Origin: Octopus sinensis
Taxonomy: Eukaryota
Assembly (NCBI RefSeq): GCF_006345805.1
Contig: NW_021832771.1
Location: forward strand, 1 to 32,657
DNA length: 32,657 bases
Direction of reading: 5' to 3'
Within the stretch, counting starts at the first letter, position 1, and each line of letters opens with the position of its first letter. Both the position numbers and the translations under genes were made by a program. Under the pieces are notes generated by a model that saw nothing but the letters and a program-made list of their open reading frames with translations, had not been told where the DNA came from and ran no database searches. Of this stretch, positions 11,910-23,245 are shown one piece after another.

Positions 11910-12038
11910 GTATGTGTGTGTGTGTGTGTGTATTGAGAGAGAGAGAGAGAGAGAGAGGGGGGCATTGTGTAAAGAGAGAGAGGGTTCGTGTAAAAATACA
12001 CAAGCACACTAATTCACTCACATACAGGGACACACACA

Positions 12039-12069
<31 letters not shown>

Positions 12070-12369
12070 GTATTCAGTCATGCTCATACGTGCATTTGTG
12101 TTTGTATGTGTTCATGTGAGTGCGTGCGCGAGTGTGCCTGTGTGTGTTCATTGAATTTTACTTTAATCACAGAAATAAATAATGGCCTACTGACCCTCCC
12201 CGCTTATAAATCTAGCTTCTTTGTTAACACCACTCCATACTATACCGGTTAGACGATCAACAAAACAACATGAAACGTCTCTCTCGGTGAAGGTTAATTA
12301 AGTGACATAAATATTAGCTGTTTATCAGAGCTAACATTTCGTATACAGAAATATAACTGTAATAAAGAT

Positions 12370-12795
12370 GGCTTCAAATTTTGGCTACAAGGCCAGTAGT
12401 TTTGAAGGTAGAGCTAGTCGATGACATCGAACCCCGTGTTCAGCTGGTACTTGTTTTATCGACTCCGAAAGAATGAAAAGCAAAGTCGACCTTGGTGGGA
12501 TTTGAACTCAGAACGTAAGGACGGACAAAATGCAACTAAGCATTTTGTCCGGTGTGCTGTCAGCTCGCCGACTGATAATCCTTTCTACGGGAAGCACAAG
12601 GCCTCAAATTTGGGAGAGGGATTAAGTCGATTAGAACGACCCCAGTGCGTAACTGGTACTAATTTTATCGACCCCGAAAGGATGAAAGGCAAAGTCAACC
12701 TCGGCGGAATTTGAACTGAGAACGTAGCGATGGACAAAATACCGCTAAATATTTCGTCCAGCGCACTAACGTTTCTGCCAACTCGCCGCCTTAAG
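12370..12795 (-). mobile_element. Two adjacent SINE family B copies
   Basis: Two occurrences of the gaaaggatgaaaggcaaagtc..atttgaact core; head ctgccaactcgccgcctt at about 12776-12793. Confidence 0.85.
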
Positions 12796-13066
12796 CTCGC
12801 CTACTAATAATAAATAGACACAAACTTGATACCAGTTGAAATATGCTTGAGGCATACTCGAACCCGAAAGAAAGCCTTTCACTGTGTTTTGTCATGGAGA
12901 AAATATTTCGTTGTAGACAAGGAGGTGGAAAACACTGGGTCAGCTCACAGCGATACCCTAAACAGACTGTAGGATGAATGCATTTTGCAGTGGTTATCTC
13001 CTCTTCAGCAGCAGAGATTGGAAAGGCAGACGCTGCGATCTAACACGAGAGACAGGTTCCTCTTAA

Positions 13067-13575
13067 GGGATCTAGGACAATTGACCGTAGGACTATTCAC
13101 CGAAAGATAATTCACTGTACGGATATTTCGCCGCAAGGACATTTTGTAGTAAAGCATAAGAAGAGAAGGATTAAAATATAAATAAAAATAATGAAAGTTA
13201 TACACTTTCTTTAAAAAGTTAAGCTAAAAAACTAAAAATCTTAATATCTTGTAAGTTCATTGAAATTGCACGCAAATAAATGTTCAACGACCTTTCTGCT
13301 TTTAAATTCTCATATCAGCAATTAACGATGTAGTTACAAATTCAAACGACCTATCCGTTTTTAAATTATCATTTCAGCAATTACCGAAGATGATTGCTGT
13401 AAATGCTATTCCTTTATCTAACTTATTTAATTAACGAATCAATTTCAAGTTTCTAAGCTTTACGGCAAAATGTCCTTGCAGCGAAATATTCGTACGGCGA
13501 ATTATCTTACGGCGAATAATCCTACGGCCAATTGTCCTACGGCGAATTTGATTACGGGAAATTGTTCGGTCACCC
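13067..13575. mobile_element. MITE with long TIRs made of ~15-bp subrepeats
   Basis: taggacaattgaccgtaggactattcaccg..aaggacattttgtagtaaagc versus gctttacggcaaaatgtccttg..cggccaattgtccta; internal ~60-bp duplication at 13279-13395. Confidence 0.8.
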
Positions 13576-14108
13576 CGCTTCTTATATTCTCGTCTCAGCG
13601 GCTCACCATAAATGAAAAGCAGGGTGACAGCGCTAAGTAGCAATGCGTAGAAATAAACTTGTTACCAGTTCATATAGGCTTTAGAGCCTTTCACTGTGTT
13701 TCATGGAGAAAAATTCTCGCTATAGATAAATGGGGGTAAATACACCGGGTCAACTCACAGGGGTCCCCTAACCAAACTGTGGGATGTATGCATATCGGAG
13801 TGCAACAAAGACTGGAATTGTAGCCTCTGCGAACTGACACGAAAGACAGGTCCCTCATGATATTTTTGTCATCGTTTACTGACTGGTTGCGCTATTCAGC
13901 TACTCACCGTAAATGAAATGCAGTGACGGCGCTAAGTAGTAATGCGTAGAAATACAAACTTCTTACCAGTTTTAATATGCCTTAGGTGTATTTGAACACG
14001 TAAGAAAGCCTTTCACACTTTTGTCATGGAGAAAATTTCTTGCTGTTGACAAACTGCTGTAAATGAGTGTATTTACATCCATTTGTCTATAGTAAGAAAT
14101 TTTCTCCA

Positions 14109-14344
14109 GAAGGCGGCGAGCTGGCAGAATCGTGAGCACGCCGGGCGAAATGCTAAGCAGTATTTCGTCTGCCACTATGTTCTGAGTTCAAATTCCGCCG
14201 AGGTCCACTTTGCCTTTCATCCTTTCGGGGTCGATTAAATAAGTACCAGTTACGCACTGGGGTTGATATAATCGACTTAATCCGTTTGTCTGTCCTAGTT
14301 TGTTCCCTCTGTGTGTAGACCCTTGTGGGCAGTAAAGAAATAAA
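14109..14344 (+). mobile_element. Full-length SINE family B with 12-bp TSD
   Basis: Head aaggcggcgagctggcagaatcg, tail ccttgtgggcagtaaagaaata; TSD aaattttctcca at 14097-14108 and 14345-14356. Confidence 0.95.
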
Positions 14345-14952
14345 AAATTTTCTCCATACAGTGAATTGCTTTCTTACGGGGTTTCGAATACACATATTTG
14401 AACTGGTAACAGGTTTGTATTTATACACATCACTGCTTAGCACCATTACTTCGTATTTTAACAATTAATAAATATTGAGTCTATTTGTTTGACTTGAAAT
14501 CTTTCACGGCGATGGATGTCCCTGGCATGGCTGCAGTCCAGTGACTGATACAAGTGACAAGATGGCGATGAGTTTGATACATTCGATTATATGTCTGCTC
14601 AGCTAGAAGTGATCTAGGAGTTACACAACAGCAACAGCAAAAGTCACGGTAAGAATATGAGCAGCAGCAGCAGCAGCAGGCCATCCAAGAATTTGGACCT
14701 GGAGATCTCCATTTCCAGGGACTTCGAGGACCACCTCCCAGTGGTGTCGGGCGTCAACGAAGAGCCCTCGACTACAGCAAGACGACCAAATTTTTTTTTC
14801 AAGGTCTGGGGTCTCTCGCCCCTAATCACCCTTACCCGTCTTGTTGCTTAACAACAACAACAACAACAGCAGCAGCAGCCGCAGCAACAACAAGGGGATT
14901 AGGAGGAAAGCCAATTTGGTTATTTTATTCTATGGTGAGTTGGAATGAGGTC

Positions 14953-14998
<46 letters not shown>

Positions 14999-15932
14999 TA
15001 CATATCTCTAAGTAGACACTGGTAGAGGTAGTGGATGTAGTAGTGGTGGTAGTAGTAGCTGGTGCTATGAATAAAGAAAAGTGGTGATGGTGGTGGTGGT
15101 GGCGAGTAGTGGTAGCACTGTTGGTCGTCGCAGAAGGTGACCCTCGTGGTCCTGAGGTTGGTATTGGTGTTAATGAGAGTGCTGGTTATGTTGGTATTGG
15201 TTGTGGTGGTTTGGTGGTAGATTTGAGAATATTTAGTGTAGGCAGCGACGGTCATGATGGTGGTTAGAGAGCTGATGGTGTTGGTGGTGGTGATGGTGGT
15301 GGTAGCAGCGATAGTAGTGTCGGCGGCAGTGGCGGTAGTGGTGGTGATGGTGATTGTGATGCTAATGGTGGTGGTAACGGTAGTAGTGGCAATTTCGATG
15401 GGTAATGGTGTTCAAAGACTATGGTGCTCAACTTGCATTTAAAAAATGTTTTTGAGTGAGGGTATACCTAGGAATACATATCTAATATGTTCTTCACTTT
15501 CTTTGAAGTCGGTACAGTGTACTTTGAGGGAGATTTGGTTGCTATTTCTAGCAGGTTGAATGAATACCTGGAGTCTCTCACGTTCTGTAATGTGTATGTG
15601 TGAGGGAGATGGGAACGTGTTACTAGTTGTTTTGGCTGGTGCTATGAATAAAGAAAAGATGACGATGGCGGTGGTGGTGATGGTGGTGATGGTGGTGATG
15701 GTGGTAATAAGATGGTGACGATACTGATGAGGAGGAGAGGGAGGAGGAGAAAGAGGGGGAAAGAAGAGAAGGTAGTAAAAATGAAATAAAGGTAGTGTGA
15801 GGAGGAGGAGGAGGGTTCATAAGACGAAAGGAAGAACAGGAAGCGTATGAGGAAGTAAAGGCTGAAGGCAAGAGATAAAGAGGTTGACGGAGAGGAAATA
15901 AAAGATAAGACGGCAAGGGTGGAGGCAGCGAA

Positions 15933-16093
15933 GTAGTAGTAGCAGTAGTAGTAGTAGTAGTAGTAGTAGTAGCAGTAGTAGTAGCAGCAGTAGTAGCAGT
16001 AGTAGTAGTAGAATTAGTAGTATTAGTAGTAGTGGTAGTAGTAGTAGTAGTAGCAGTAGTAGTAGTAGTAGTTGTAGTAGTAGTAGTAGCAGC

Positions 16094-16128
<35 letters not shown>

Positions 16129-16190
16129 CAGCAGTAGTAGTAGTAGTAGTAGTAGTAGTAGCAGTAGTAGTAGTAGTAGTAGTAGTAGTA
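15933..16190. repeat. (TAG/CAG)n trinucleotide microsatellite
   Basis: Seen directly. Confidence 0.97.
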
Positions 16191-16898
16191 AAAGAAGAAG
16201 TAATAGTATGAGGAGGTGGAGGAGGAGGAGGAGAAAATGATGCTGATGCTGCTGATGAAGTAGGTCGAAGTAGAAATAAGTCGAAAGAAGGAATCAGATT
16301 GGTACACACAGAGATACACACAGATTGGCGCATGCGTACACACACTCACACACACACACACACAAATTTAGACACGCACCGTACATACACAGACACAGGG
16401 AGATAAATACACTCACACACACATATAGAGAGAGAAAGAGAAAAAAGAGAGAGAGAGAGTGGGAAAGAAAAGAGAGAAGAGAAAGTGGAGAAAGAAAGAG
16501 GTATATATAAAGAGAAAGGATTAAGAGCATAAGTATAAAAATTGAGATATGGTGGTGGTGGTGGTGATGGAGTAATGTCGAAAGGAACCATCTGGAGTAT
16601 TATCAACTTGCAATACTCCTGACAGGCCAGATGTACTCTATGACATGATCAAATCATTTCTTTAGATTCGCCTCTGTCCTCCTGCCAGACATATCTGTAC
16701 TATGATCTTGGTGGTCCCGTAGACGATTTGAACTCGCCACCTCCCTTACATCATCGAATAGGAATGCTCGTATATTCTTAAACAGAAATTTATATCAAAA
16801 CGACATAGGGCTACATAACTATGTATCGAGTCATATTTAAATGTGCTTATATCATTTTGCATATTCACGAATATTTGTGTGTGTGTGTATATAAGTAT

Positions 16899-16948
<50 letters not shown>

Positions 16949-16989
16949 AGAATAAGGTGTACGTACGCCGCAATAATATATATATAAAA

Positions 16990-17184
16990 ATACAAAATGG
17001 GATAAGAACGCAAAACATTCAAATAGACGATACAAAAAACAAGGACGGGTCCTCGCAATTTCGACTGATAATCAGCCGAAATTGCGAGGATGATCGGGTT
17101 CTTGACTGAAGATTAGAGGCTTCGAATGACCTGTCCGTGTTTTTTGTATCGTCTATTTGAATGTTTTGCGTTCTTGTCCCATTT

Positions 17185-17189
<5 letters not shown>
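16990..17189. mobile_element. 200-bp foldback element (~61-bp inverted arms plus 41-nt internal hairpin) between (TA)n tracts; probably Penelope-derived
   Basis: atacaaaatgggataagaacgcaaaacattcaaatagacgatacaaaaaac and its reverse complement at 17129-17189; hairpin tcctcgcaatttcg..cgaaattgcgagga at 17050-17090. Confidence 0.8.
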
Positions 17190-17216
<27 letters not shown>

Positions 17217-17217
<1 letters not shown>

Positions 17218-17473
17218 TGGCACCTTACTGGCATCTGTGCCGGTGGCATGTATAAAAAGATTCGAGCGAGGTCGTTGCCAGTACCGCCTGACTGGCCCCC
17301 GTGCCGGTGGCACGTAAAAGCACCCACTACACTCTCAGAGTGGTTAGTGTTAGGAAGGCATCCAGCTGTAGAAATTCTGCAAGATCAAGATTGGAGCCTG
17401 GTGCAGCCATCTGGTTCGCCAGCCCTCAGCCAAATCGTCCAACCCATGCTAGCATGGAAAGCGGACGTTAAAC

Positions 17474-17527
<54 letters not shown>
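17217..17527 (+). mobile_element. SINE family E, 3' part with RTE-type (GAT)n tail
   Basis: ggcacgtaaaagcacccactacactc..gttaggaaggcatccagctgtag..catgctagcatggaaagcggacgttaaac followed by (gat)n. Confidence 0.8.
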
Positions 17528-17531
17528 AATT

Positions 17532-17561
<30 letters not shown>

Positions 17562-17562
<1 letters not shown>

Positions 17563-17790
17563 TTCACTGCGACAAGAACTGTCTAACACAGCTCTTACAC
17601 CACATCGATGATATTCTTAAAGCCTTGGGAACAGGTTCGAAATCTGATATCATATATCTTGACTTCAGTTAAGCGTTCGACAGAGTTGACCACAATATCC
17701 TACTGTTGGAATCCGTGGAAAACTTCTACACTGGCAGAAAATTCCTATCGGTTAACAGATGGTGTAGAACTCCATTTCGAAAGCAACAAA
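17562..17790 (+). pseudogene. Reverse transcriptase relic of a CR1/L2/Jockey-type LINE
   Basis: CLTQLLHHIDDILKALGTGSKSDIIYLDFS*AFDRVDHNILL, then GIRGKLLHW after a frameshift. These match the conserved non-LTR RT motifs SCLTQLL, YLDFSKAFDxVDH and GIxGKLLxW; nonsense codon at 17670. Confidence 0.92.
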
Positions 17791-17821
17791 TGTTTATTAT
17801 GCACTAATCAAATCTGTCAAG

Positions 17822-18138
17822 GAAAGGAATGAAGTAGTCAATACTGCAAGGGGCGCTGGGTGCATAATATGCAACTTAGCAAATGTTTCGTGGCTACCCC
17901 GAGTCCATTCTCACCGGGTGCATACGGCTATTCTGTTCGAAATTAATTGGCGTAATGAATGAATTTTTTTTATTTTTTGCATAATTCATTGCGGCAAATA
18001 ACTTTCAACAGAATAGTAGTTTTCACTCGATGAGCGGGGACACCAGACCGCCATGAAACATTCGTAATGTTACATAATAAGCACCTAGTAACCCCGTTGA
18101 AACAGCTGTAGCACTTGACTACTTCTTCCATTCCTTTC
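17822..18138. repeat. Old imperfect palindrome, arms about 140 bp
   Basis: Three paired blocks: gaaaggaatgaagtagtcaa / ttgactacttcttccattcctttc; aatgtttcgtggc / gccatgaaacatt; ctattctgttcgaaattaattggcgtaatgaat / attcattgcggcaaataactttcaacagaatag. Confidence 0.8.
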
Positions 18139-18357
18139 GTTTACAAATCCATACATACACACACACACACACATCTCTCTCTCTCTCTCTCGCTCACTCT
18201 CTTTATATATATATATTTTTTTTTCATATATATATATTTCATAGCATTTTTCCGATGGCCGGATAAATGAAGAGATGGCGGCGTGGATTTCCAGTTCTGC
18301 ATCCGAAATTCGGAGTTTTATCATGGCTACCGAATAATTGTCACATATTACATTTAC

Positions 18358-18393
<36 letters not shown>

Positions 18394-18621
18394 GAAAAAT
18401 ATATAGTAAATACAGAAACGACATAACGTATACAGAGTATAAAACCGAACGGGAGACAATATACATACATACATACATACATACATACATACATAATACA
18501 TACATACATACATACATACATACTTACATACATACATACATACATACATGCATACATACATGCATACATACATACATAAAAAAAAGTAACGAACAACTAG
18601 ATTTTGCTTTATGTCATCTAG

Positions 18622-18653
18622 ATGCCGGAAATGGGCACGAAGTCATCGGAGGG
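18622..18653 (+). CDS. Candidate 32-nt micro-exon (xAGNGHEVIGG or MPEMGTKSSEG)
   Basis: Acceptor attttgctttatgtcatctag, donor GG|gtaagg, all three frames open, GC-richer than the flanks. Confidence 0.3.
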
Positions 18654-19275
18654 GTAAGGGCTCAACATAGGTATTAAATCCTTATGCATTTCACGCTAAA
18701 GAAATCGAAATTAAGAACAGACTCTTTTGAACCGCGCGAAGTAGGAAGGAAATAATGAATAATACTTGTTTATTATTATTATTTTTTTAAAATCAGTTTA
18801 AATGAAAACTCCACTTGTCTGGTTTACTCGCAACATTAAACTATGTCAGAATAACTTCCTCGTTTTCACGACACAAAACACAAGTACAAGAATGAGACGA
18901 AATAAAAAAAAATATTGACTTCCAAAACTATTTATTTAATCTATGTTACTGGCTAGAATGACTTCATTTGCAGAACTTGTAGTCAGGTCTCCGTTAGTTT
19001 ATATAGCCAGCTCTTAGGACTTTATTCATCTGTTAGGCAAGTAATTCTAACCCATCCGATGTTGACATATCAACAGTTTGGTGATCAGCTGATCGGGTTA
19101 GCAGGGCAAAATGTCTGCAGAGTATAAATGTCCCCTTCTAAGCAGGAGCTATAGGATCCCTCCCCCGTTCCCCACCCCCAGTGTAACTATCGCCATCATC
19201 ACACCAAAATAAGTGCCAGGAATCGCCGATGCCACCATCATTACACTACCACCACCATTACACTACCACCACCAT

Positions 19276-19307
<32 letters not shown>

Positions 19308-19322
19308 TCGCTGCTGCTGCTG

Positions 19323-19373
<51 letters not shown>

Positions 19374-19491
19374 TTGCTACTACTACTACTATTGCTACAA
19401 CTGCTACTACTACACGTACCACAGTTTCCACCAGTATTACAGCAACTGCATAATGACCACACTACCACCGTTACCATACCAACTACCACTG

Positions 19492-19757
19492 AACCATTTA
19501 TTCAGGACTCTGCAGAATAGTCTTAATGGTAAAAATTTCAATTCCTTGGATGACGTAAAAAGATACCTTGATGAATTCTTTGCCATGAAACCACCTCAAT
19601 TCTGGGAAGAGGGTATTTTCAAGTTAAAGGAAAGATGGAGATGCATTGTGCAACGAAATGGTTCATATTTGGTTGATTAAAAATGTAATGGCAAGTATTT
19701 AGTGACCTTTTTCTTTCCTTTAAAAATCGGACATTCCGAACTTTCCGGACAACCAAT
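19492..19757 (+). mobile_element. Mariner transposon 3' end (transposase C-terminus plus TIR)
   Basis: HLFRTLQNSLNGKNFNSLDDVKRYLDEFFAMKPPQFWEEGIFKLKERWRCIVQRNGSYLVD* (stop at 19680) is the typical mariner C-terminus; followed by TIR-like gaactttccggacaaccaa and TA. Confidence 0.93.
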
Positions 19758-19939
19758 TAATGCAAAAAACACCAACAACAATAACAATAACAACATCAAA
19801 AATAACAATAACAACAAAAATGTTCGCTAAAATACGTCACAACACTGATGATTGGACTTCAGTTCTGTTACTGCACACATCTTAGCAATACAGAGCGTAT
19901 TAGTAGCATAAAACGTATAAAACGGTTGAAGATAAGATT

Positions 19940-20325
19940 GTGGAAGCACTCCGTCGGTTACGACGATGAGGGTTCCGGTTGATCCGATCAACGGAACAGC
20001 CTGCTCATGAAATTAACGTGTAAGTGGCTGAGCACTCCACAGACACGTGTACCCTTAACGTAGTTCTCGGGGATATTGAGCGTGACACAGAGAGTGACAA
20101 GGCCGGCCCTTTGAAATATAGGTACAACAGAAACAGGAAGTAAGAGTGAGAGAAAGTTGTGGTGAAAGAGTACAGCAGGGATCGCCACCATCCCTGCCGG
20201 AGCCTCGTGGAGCTTTAGGTGTTTTCGCTCAATAAACACTCACAACGCCCGGTCTGGAAATCAAAACCGCGATCCTACGACTGCGAGTCCGCTGCTCTAA
20301 CCATTGGGCCATTGCGCCTCCACCA
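19940..20325 (-). mobile_element. Full-length SINE family D with 12-bp TSD
   Basis: Head GGAGGCGCAATGGCCCAATGGTTAGAGC with B-box-like GGTTTTGATTTCC; TSD gaagataagatt at 19928-19939 and 20326-20337. Confidence 0.95.
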
Positions 20326-20414
20326 GAAGATAAGATTACGATGATGATGAAGCTGATGAAGATGAGGAGGTTGAAAATGACGATGACGATAATGAGGATG
20401 ATGGTTGTTATAAT

Positions 20415-20560
20415 AATGGTTTCAAATTTTAGCACGAGGCCAGCAATTTCGGGGGAGGGGTAAATCGATTACATCGACTCCAGTTCTCAACTGGTACTTA
20501 TTTCATCGACCCCGAAAGGATGAAAGACAAAATCGACCTAGGCGAGATTTGGACTCGATT
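20415..20560 (-). mobile_element. SINE family B, 3' part
   Basis: atcgattacatcgactcc..gaccccgaaaggatgaaagacaaaatcgacc. Confidence 0.8.
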
Positions 20561-20647
20561 CAATACAGAATTACAGATGGTATTTGTTGAATTCTGATTT
20601 ACTGTCGGCTGACTTTTGGCCAACACTGTATGTGTACGTGTGAATCT

Positions 20648-20907
<260 letters not shown>

Positions 20908-20964
20908 TTGTATGTATGTTTACAAATACATATACAAATACATGTATATGTGCATGCGTACGTA

Positions 20965-21013
<49 letters not shown>

Positions 21014-21409
21014 TGTGTGTGTAAATATATACATACACACACACACACATATAATCCCAACGTTAAATCTTTACACTATTTCCACCATGATTACCCGATC
21101 AGATATGGTATTACCCTACTTGTAAAAGCAACCATCTCTAAACACATTACAAAGAAACAACGTTATGCAATAAACGGCACTAAACACATTCATACACATC
21201 CACATACACATTCACAAACCTACATACACATAGATATGTCTGCAAACATGCACATATACACACATGCATATACAATACATGGACACACATCTCTCGAACT
21301 TCCGGCTAATGAAATGACCATATATGGTGTGGATATATTTGTATTAAGAGGAAGTAAGTATCAGTGATGCTATGTCATTTTCTGCATATTTAGGAAGAGT
21401 GAAATGATA

Positions 21410-21624
21410 TGTATGTATGCATATACATACATATGCTTATATATATATATACATATATATATATGTATATACATATGTATGTAGGTGTGTATATGTATGT
21501 ATACACTTATGCATGTGTGTATCCATGTATGCATGCATGCATGTATATGTGGATGAACGTATGTGCATGTGTCTATATATGTGAGTGTGTGTTTGTATAC
21601 ATATGTATGTATATATATATATAC

Positions 21625-21671
<47 letters not shown>

Positions 21672-21779
21672 ATATATATATGTATGAATATATATATATA
21701 TGTATATATATGCATGTAAGTTGTATATGTATATATATATATGTATGTATGTATACACTCACACACAGATATATACGTG

Positions 21780-21814
<35 letters not shown>

Positions 21815-21845
21815 TGCAAATATGTATGTATGTTCATGTACATAC
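21410..21845. repeat. Degenerate (TA)/(TATG) microsatellite field
   Basis: Seen directly. Confidence 0.95.
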
Positions 21846-22298
21846 GTACACAAAGAAAAAGAGAGAAGGGAAGAGAGAGAGAGATAGTTAAAGAAGAAAG
21901 AAATGGCAACATAGCAGAGATCGTACGATGCCAGTGAAGAGAACGTGATAGTGGTTGAACTTGTGATTATAAAGACCCCTCTTGCATATCGCCCGGAACG
22001 GAGAGCTTATGTGACTTCATTTGATTTTCTGCTCGGACGACAAAGACACTAGGCAGCTGACACTTTGTAACTGTGGAAGCTGAGCCCGCTTTTAGCAAGA
22101 GAGATGAGAGAGAGATAAAGAGGAAAGGAGGGGGGGGGAAGAGGAGATATAATAAAGAAGTAATCGGTGGGGGGAGGGAGAAAGTTTATTAGCAACGTGG
22201 GAGGTGTCATGGAAGTGGAAGAAGCAGTGTGAGTTCCTGTATTAGGCTGGTAACATATCGCTCGTAACGTGTTCAGTTTACGACGTCTTCTTTCGTAG

Positions 22299-22346
22299 GA
22301 AAATGTACGTCGGTGATTATCAGAACTGCATCATTCATTTGATTAC
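22299..22346 (+). CDS. Candidate 48-nt symmetric (phase 2-2) exon: KMYVGDYQNCIIHLIT
   Basis: Acceptor gtcttctttcgtag; only one frame open; donor AC|gtactc. Confidence 0.33.
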
Positions 22347-22375
22347 GTACTCTGTATACTATCGTCCATATATTT

Positions 22376-22740
22376 TCTTTTATCTTTTACTTGTTTCGGT
22401 CATTAGACTGCGGTCATGCTGGGGCACCGTCTTGAAGAATTTTTCGTCGAATGAGTTGACCCCAGCACCTCATTTTTTTCTTTTTCTTTTTTTTTCTTTC
22501 TTTCTTTCTTTCTTTCCTTTTTTTTTTTTTTTTTTTGAGCATGGTGTGTATTTCATGAATCTCTCTGGCCGAACGGCCAAGTTACATGGACGTAAACAAA
22601 CTAACACCGTTGTCGGCCGGTGGTGGTCAGACACAAAGACACATACACCCACAACACACACACACACGTATACGACGGGCTTCTTTCAATTACCGCCTTT
22701 CAAATCCACTCACAAGGCTTTGGTCAGTCCGAGATTTTAG
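22376..22740 (-). mobile_element. SINE family A, diverged, with internal T-rich expansion
   Basis: gactgcggtcatgctggggcaccg..ggacgtaaac..acgacgggcttctttca..ccactcacaaggctttggtc. Confidence 0.85.
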
Positions 22741-22854
22741 TAGAATACGCTACCTCAAGATGCCATGTTTCTTAACAAACAACTACACCTGAGCCTATGT
22801 ATACTTTTAATCTTATTTCACTGCCTTTTCCCTTTATTTTTCTTTAACTCTTTT

Positions 22855-23055
22855 CCACTTTTACTTGTTTCAGTCATTTGACTGTGGCCATGCTGGAGCA
22901 CCGCTTTTAGTCGAGCAAATCGACCCCAGGACGTATTCTTTGTAAGCCTTGTACTTATTCTATCGGTTCTCTTTTACCGAACCGCTTAGTTACAGGGACG
23001 TAAACACACCAGCATCGGTTGTCAAGCGATGTTGGTTGGACAAACACAGACACAA

Positions 23056-23148
<93 letters not shown>

Positions 23149-23245
23149 CATATATACGACAGGCTTCTTTCAGTTTCCGTCTACCAAATCCACTCACAAG
23201 GCTTTGGTCGGCCCAAGGCTATAGTAGAAAACACTTGCCCAAGAT
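22855..23245 (-). mobile_element. SINE family A, young, head truncated
   Basis: Near-identical to 445-680 and 30435-30835. Confidence 0.92.

Larger units (their letters stand above)
12812..14440. repeat. Diverged ~310-bp tandem repeat (3 direct copies) plus one inverted partial copy; interrupted by a MITE and a SINE
   Basis: Shared blocks taccagtt, aagcctttcac, tcatggagaaaa, ctaagtag.aatgcgtagaaata and acacga.agacagg at about 12825-13065, 13590-13895 and 13898-14064; reverse-complement copy at 14071-14108 plus 14357-14440. Confidence 0.85.

Noticed and set aside
14920-15410. Thr-rich (minus) or Gly-rich (plus) open stretch
   Set aside because: Expected from a degenerate GGT/ACC repeat; the plus frame has internal stops and no plausible start or acceptor.
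15623-16345. 240-aa Thr/Ser/Pro/His-rich ORF on the minus strand
   Set aside because: Made of (TAG/CAG), (GAG) and (GGT) repeats, starts in a (CA)n tract, and has no domain or splice support.
18245-18337. HFSDGRINEEMAAWISSSASEIRSFIMATE* as an exon or RTE relic
   Set aside because: Has an acceptor-like AG and faint RTE similarity, but no donor and too little sequence to call.
19213-19680. 155-aa ORF as a poly-Tyr/mariner fusion gene
   Set aside because: A (TAC)n microsatellite happens to be in frame with a 5'-truncated mariner fragment; the catalytic core is missing.
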